Origin: Dicyema japonicum
Lineage: Eukaryota; Animalia; Dicyemida
Length of the DNA: 33,000 bases
Reading direction: 5' to 3'
Assembly (NCBI GenBank): GCA_011109175.1
Contig: RDEW01000073.1
Location: 59,662 to 92,661, forward strand
Part shown: positions 32,280-33,000 of the stretch, in pieces
Layout of the letters: each line of letters begins with the position of its first letter
Numbering within the stretch: position 1 is the stretch's first letter
Made by a program: the position numbers and the translations under genes
Notes under the pieces: generated by a model
Seen by the model: only the letters and a program-made list of their open reading frames with translations
Databases searched by the model: none
Told to the model about the DNA's origin: nothing

Positions 32280-32693
32280 ATGTACGGAATTTTGAACATT
32301 TTCTTCAGTATAGTGATAGCAGTCGGTACAATCCTTAGTTACTCCCTAGTTGTAATGATTGTGGGAAATATCCCCAACATGATTCCACACAAAAATTACA
32401 ACAAAACAATGACTAATCCCTGCGAGAAGGCTGTATTGGAGACTGATCAGAAGACTCTCGAACTAGTCCTTGATGGAATCACCGACCATAAATGGGCTAA
32501 GTACTCATCAAAGTCCTCAACTAACTCATTCTTTGTATCCGCAACTGGGGATGACATTGGAAAGGATGGAGAGGGAATCTACATTTTGGTCAAAGACAAC
32601 ACATTTTCAAATCCACGTGTTGCACTCAACAACAATCACACGTTTGTTAACCACGAGTTTTCAGCCATCAAGAAACTCAGTTGCTCTAAATAA
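32280..32693 (+). CDS. Intronless orphan protein, 137 aa, N-terminal hydrophobic segment (signal anchor)
   Basis: Intact ATG-TAA ORF followed by AT-rich sequence. Residues about 4-29 are hydrophobic. There are two Cys (one near the C-terminus) and N-x-T sequons (NKT, NHT). No homology recognised. Confidence 0.55.
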   Translation: MYGILNIFFSIVIAVGTILSYSLVVMIVGNIPNMIPHKNYNKTMTNPCEKAVLETDQKTLELVLDGITDHKWAKYSSKSSTNSFFVSATGDDIGKDGEGIYILVKDNTFSNPRVALNNNHTFVNHEFSAIKKLSCSK

Positions 32694-33000
32694 CTTCATT
32701 AATGTCCCTAAGCGGGACTATTATTTATTATAATCTATTTCTTCTTGACTTTATTTTGATGATTATCACGTGCACTGAATCAGAGATCCGATTTCGTTTA
32801 GGGGACTTCGAAGACATTATAAACTGAATTTGCAAGAGAAGATACTGCCTTAGGTGATCCCAGCCTCCCTCAGCAACCACCTCACCTTCCCTCAGTGTCA
32901 CTATACGCCTTCTGAGACAACTACTTCACCTCTGACGTTCCTTGATTCTTAGGACGACCAAGAATCACTCTCCAATCGTTCTGAACGAAGACCTCTAAAT

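Overview
This is AT-rich eukaryotic (animal-like) nuclear DNA, not prokaryotic. The ORF track misses almost every real gene, because the genes are split by ultra-short GT-AG introns of about 20-28 nt. Splicing these out by hand gives six recognisable host genes or gene relics. (1) A miniaturised CBP/p300 acetyltransferase (minus, 22361-24905, about 790 aa, 8 introns of 20-25 nt) with a shortened KIX fused almost directly to bromodomain-RING-PHD-HAT-ZZ-TAZ2, no lysine-rich autoinhibitory loop, and no visible TAZ1 or NCBD. (2) An intact Max-like bHLH-ZIP gene (minus, 14571-14999, 119 aa). (3) An indel-riddled Pds5-like cohesin regulator (plus, about 11569-14508). (4) An XMAP215/ch-TOG TOG5-like fragment (minus, about 5100-6380). 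(5) A divergent histone-fold gene with one frameshift (minus, 26977-27257). (6) A decayed Grp94/HSP90B1 copy. Two orphan candidates are also present. Much of the rest is a transposon graveyard: APE-type LINEs, CRE-clade and R4-like REL non-LTR elements, a Tigger/pogo transposon, a Ginger/GIN-like integrase and a gag-like ORF1. Tiny introns at ancestral animal positions suggest a dicyemid mesozoan or a similarly reduced animal parasite (inference). Many single-base frameshifts may be assembly errors rather than biology. All homology calls come from manual translation and remembered family motifs, not database searches.
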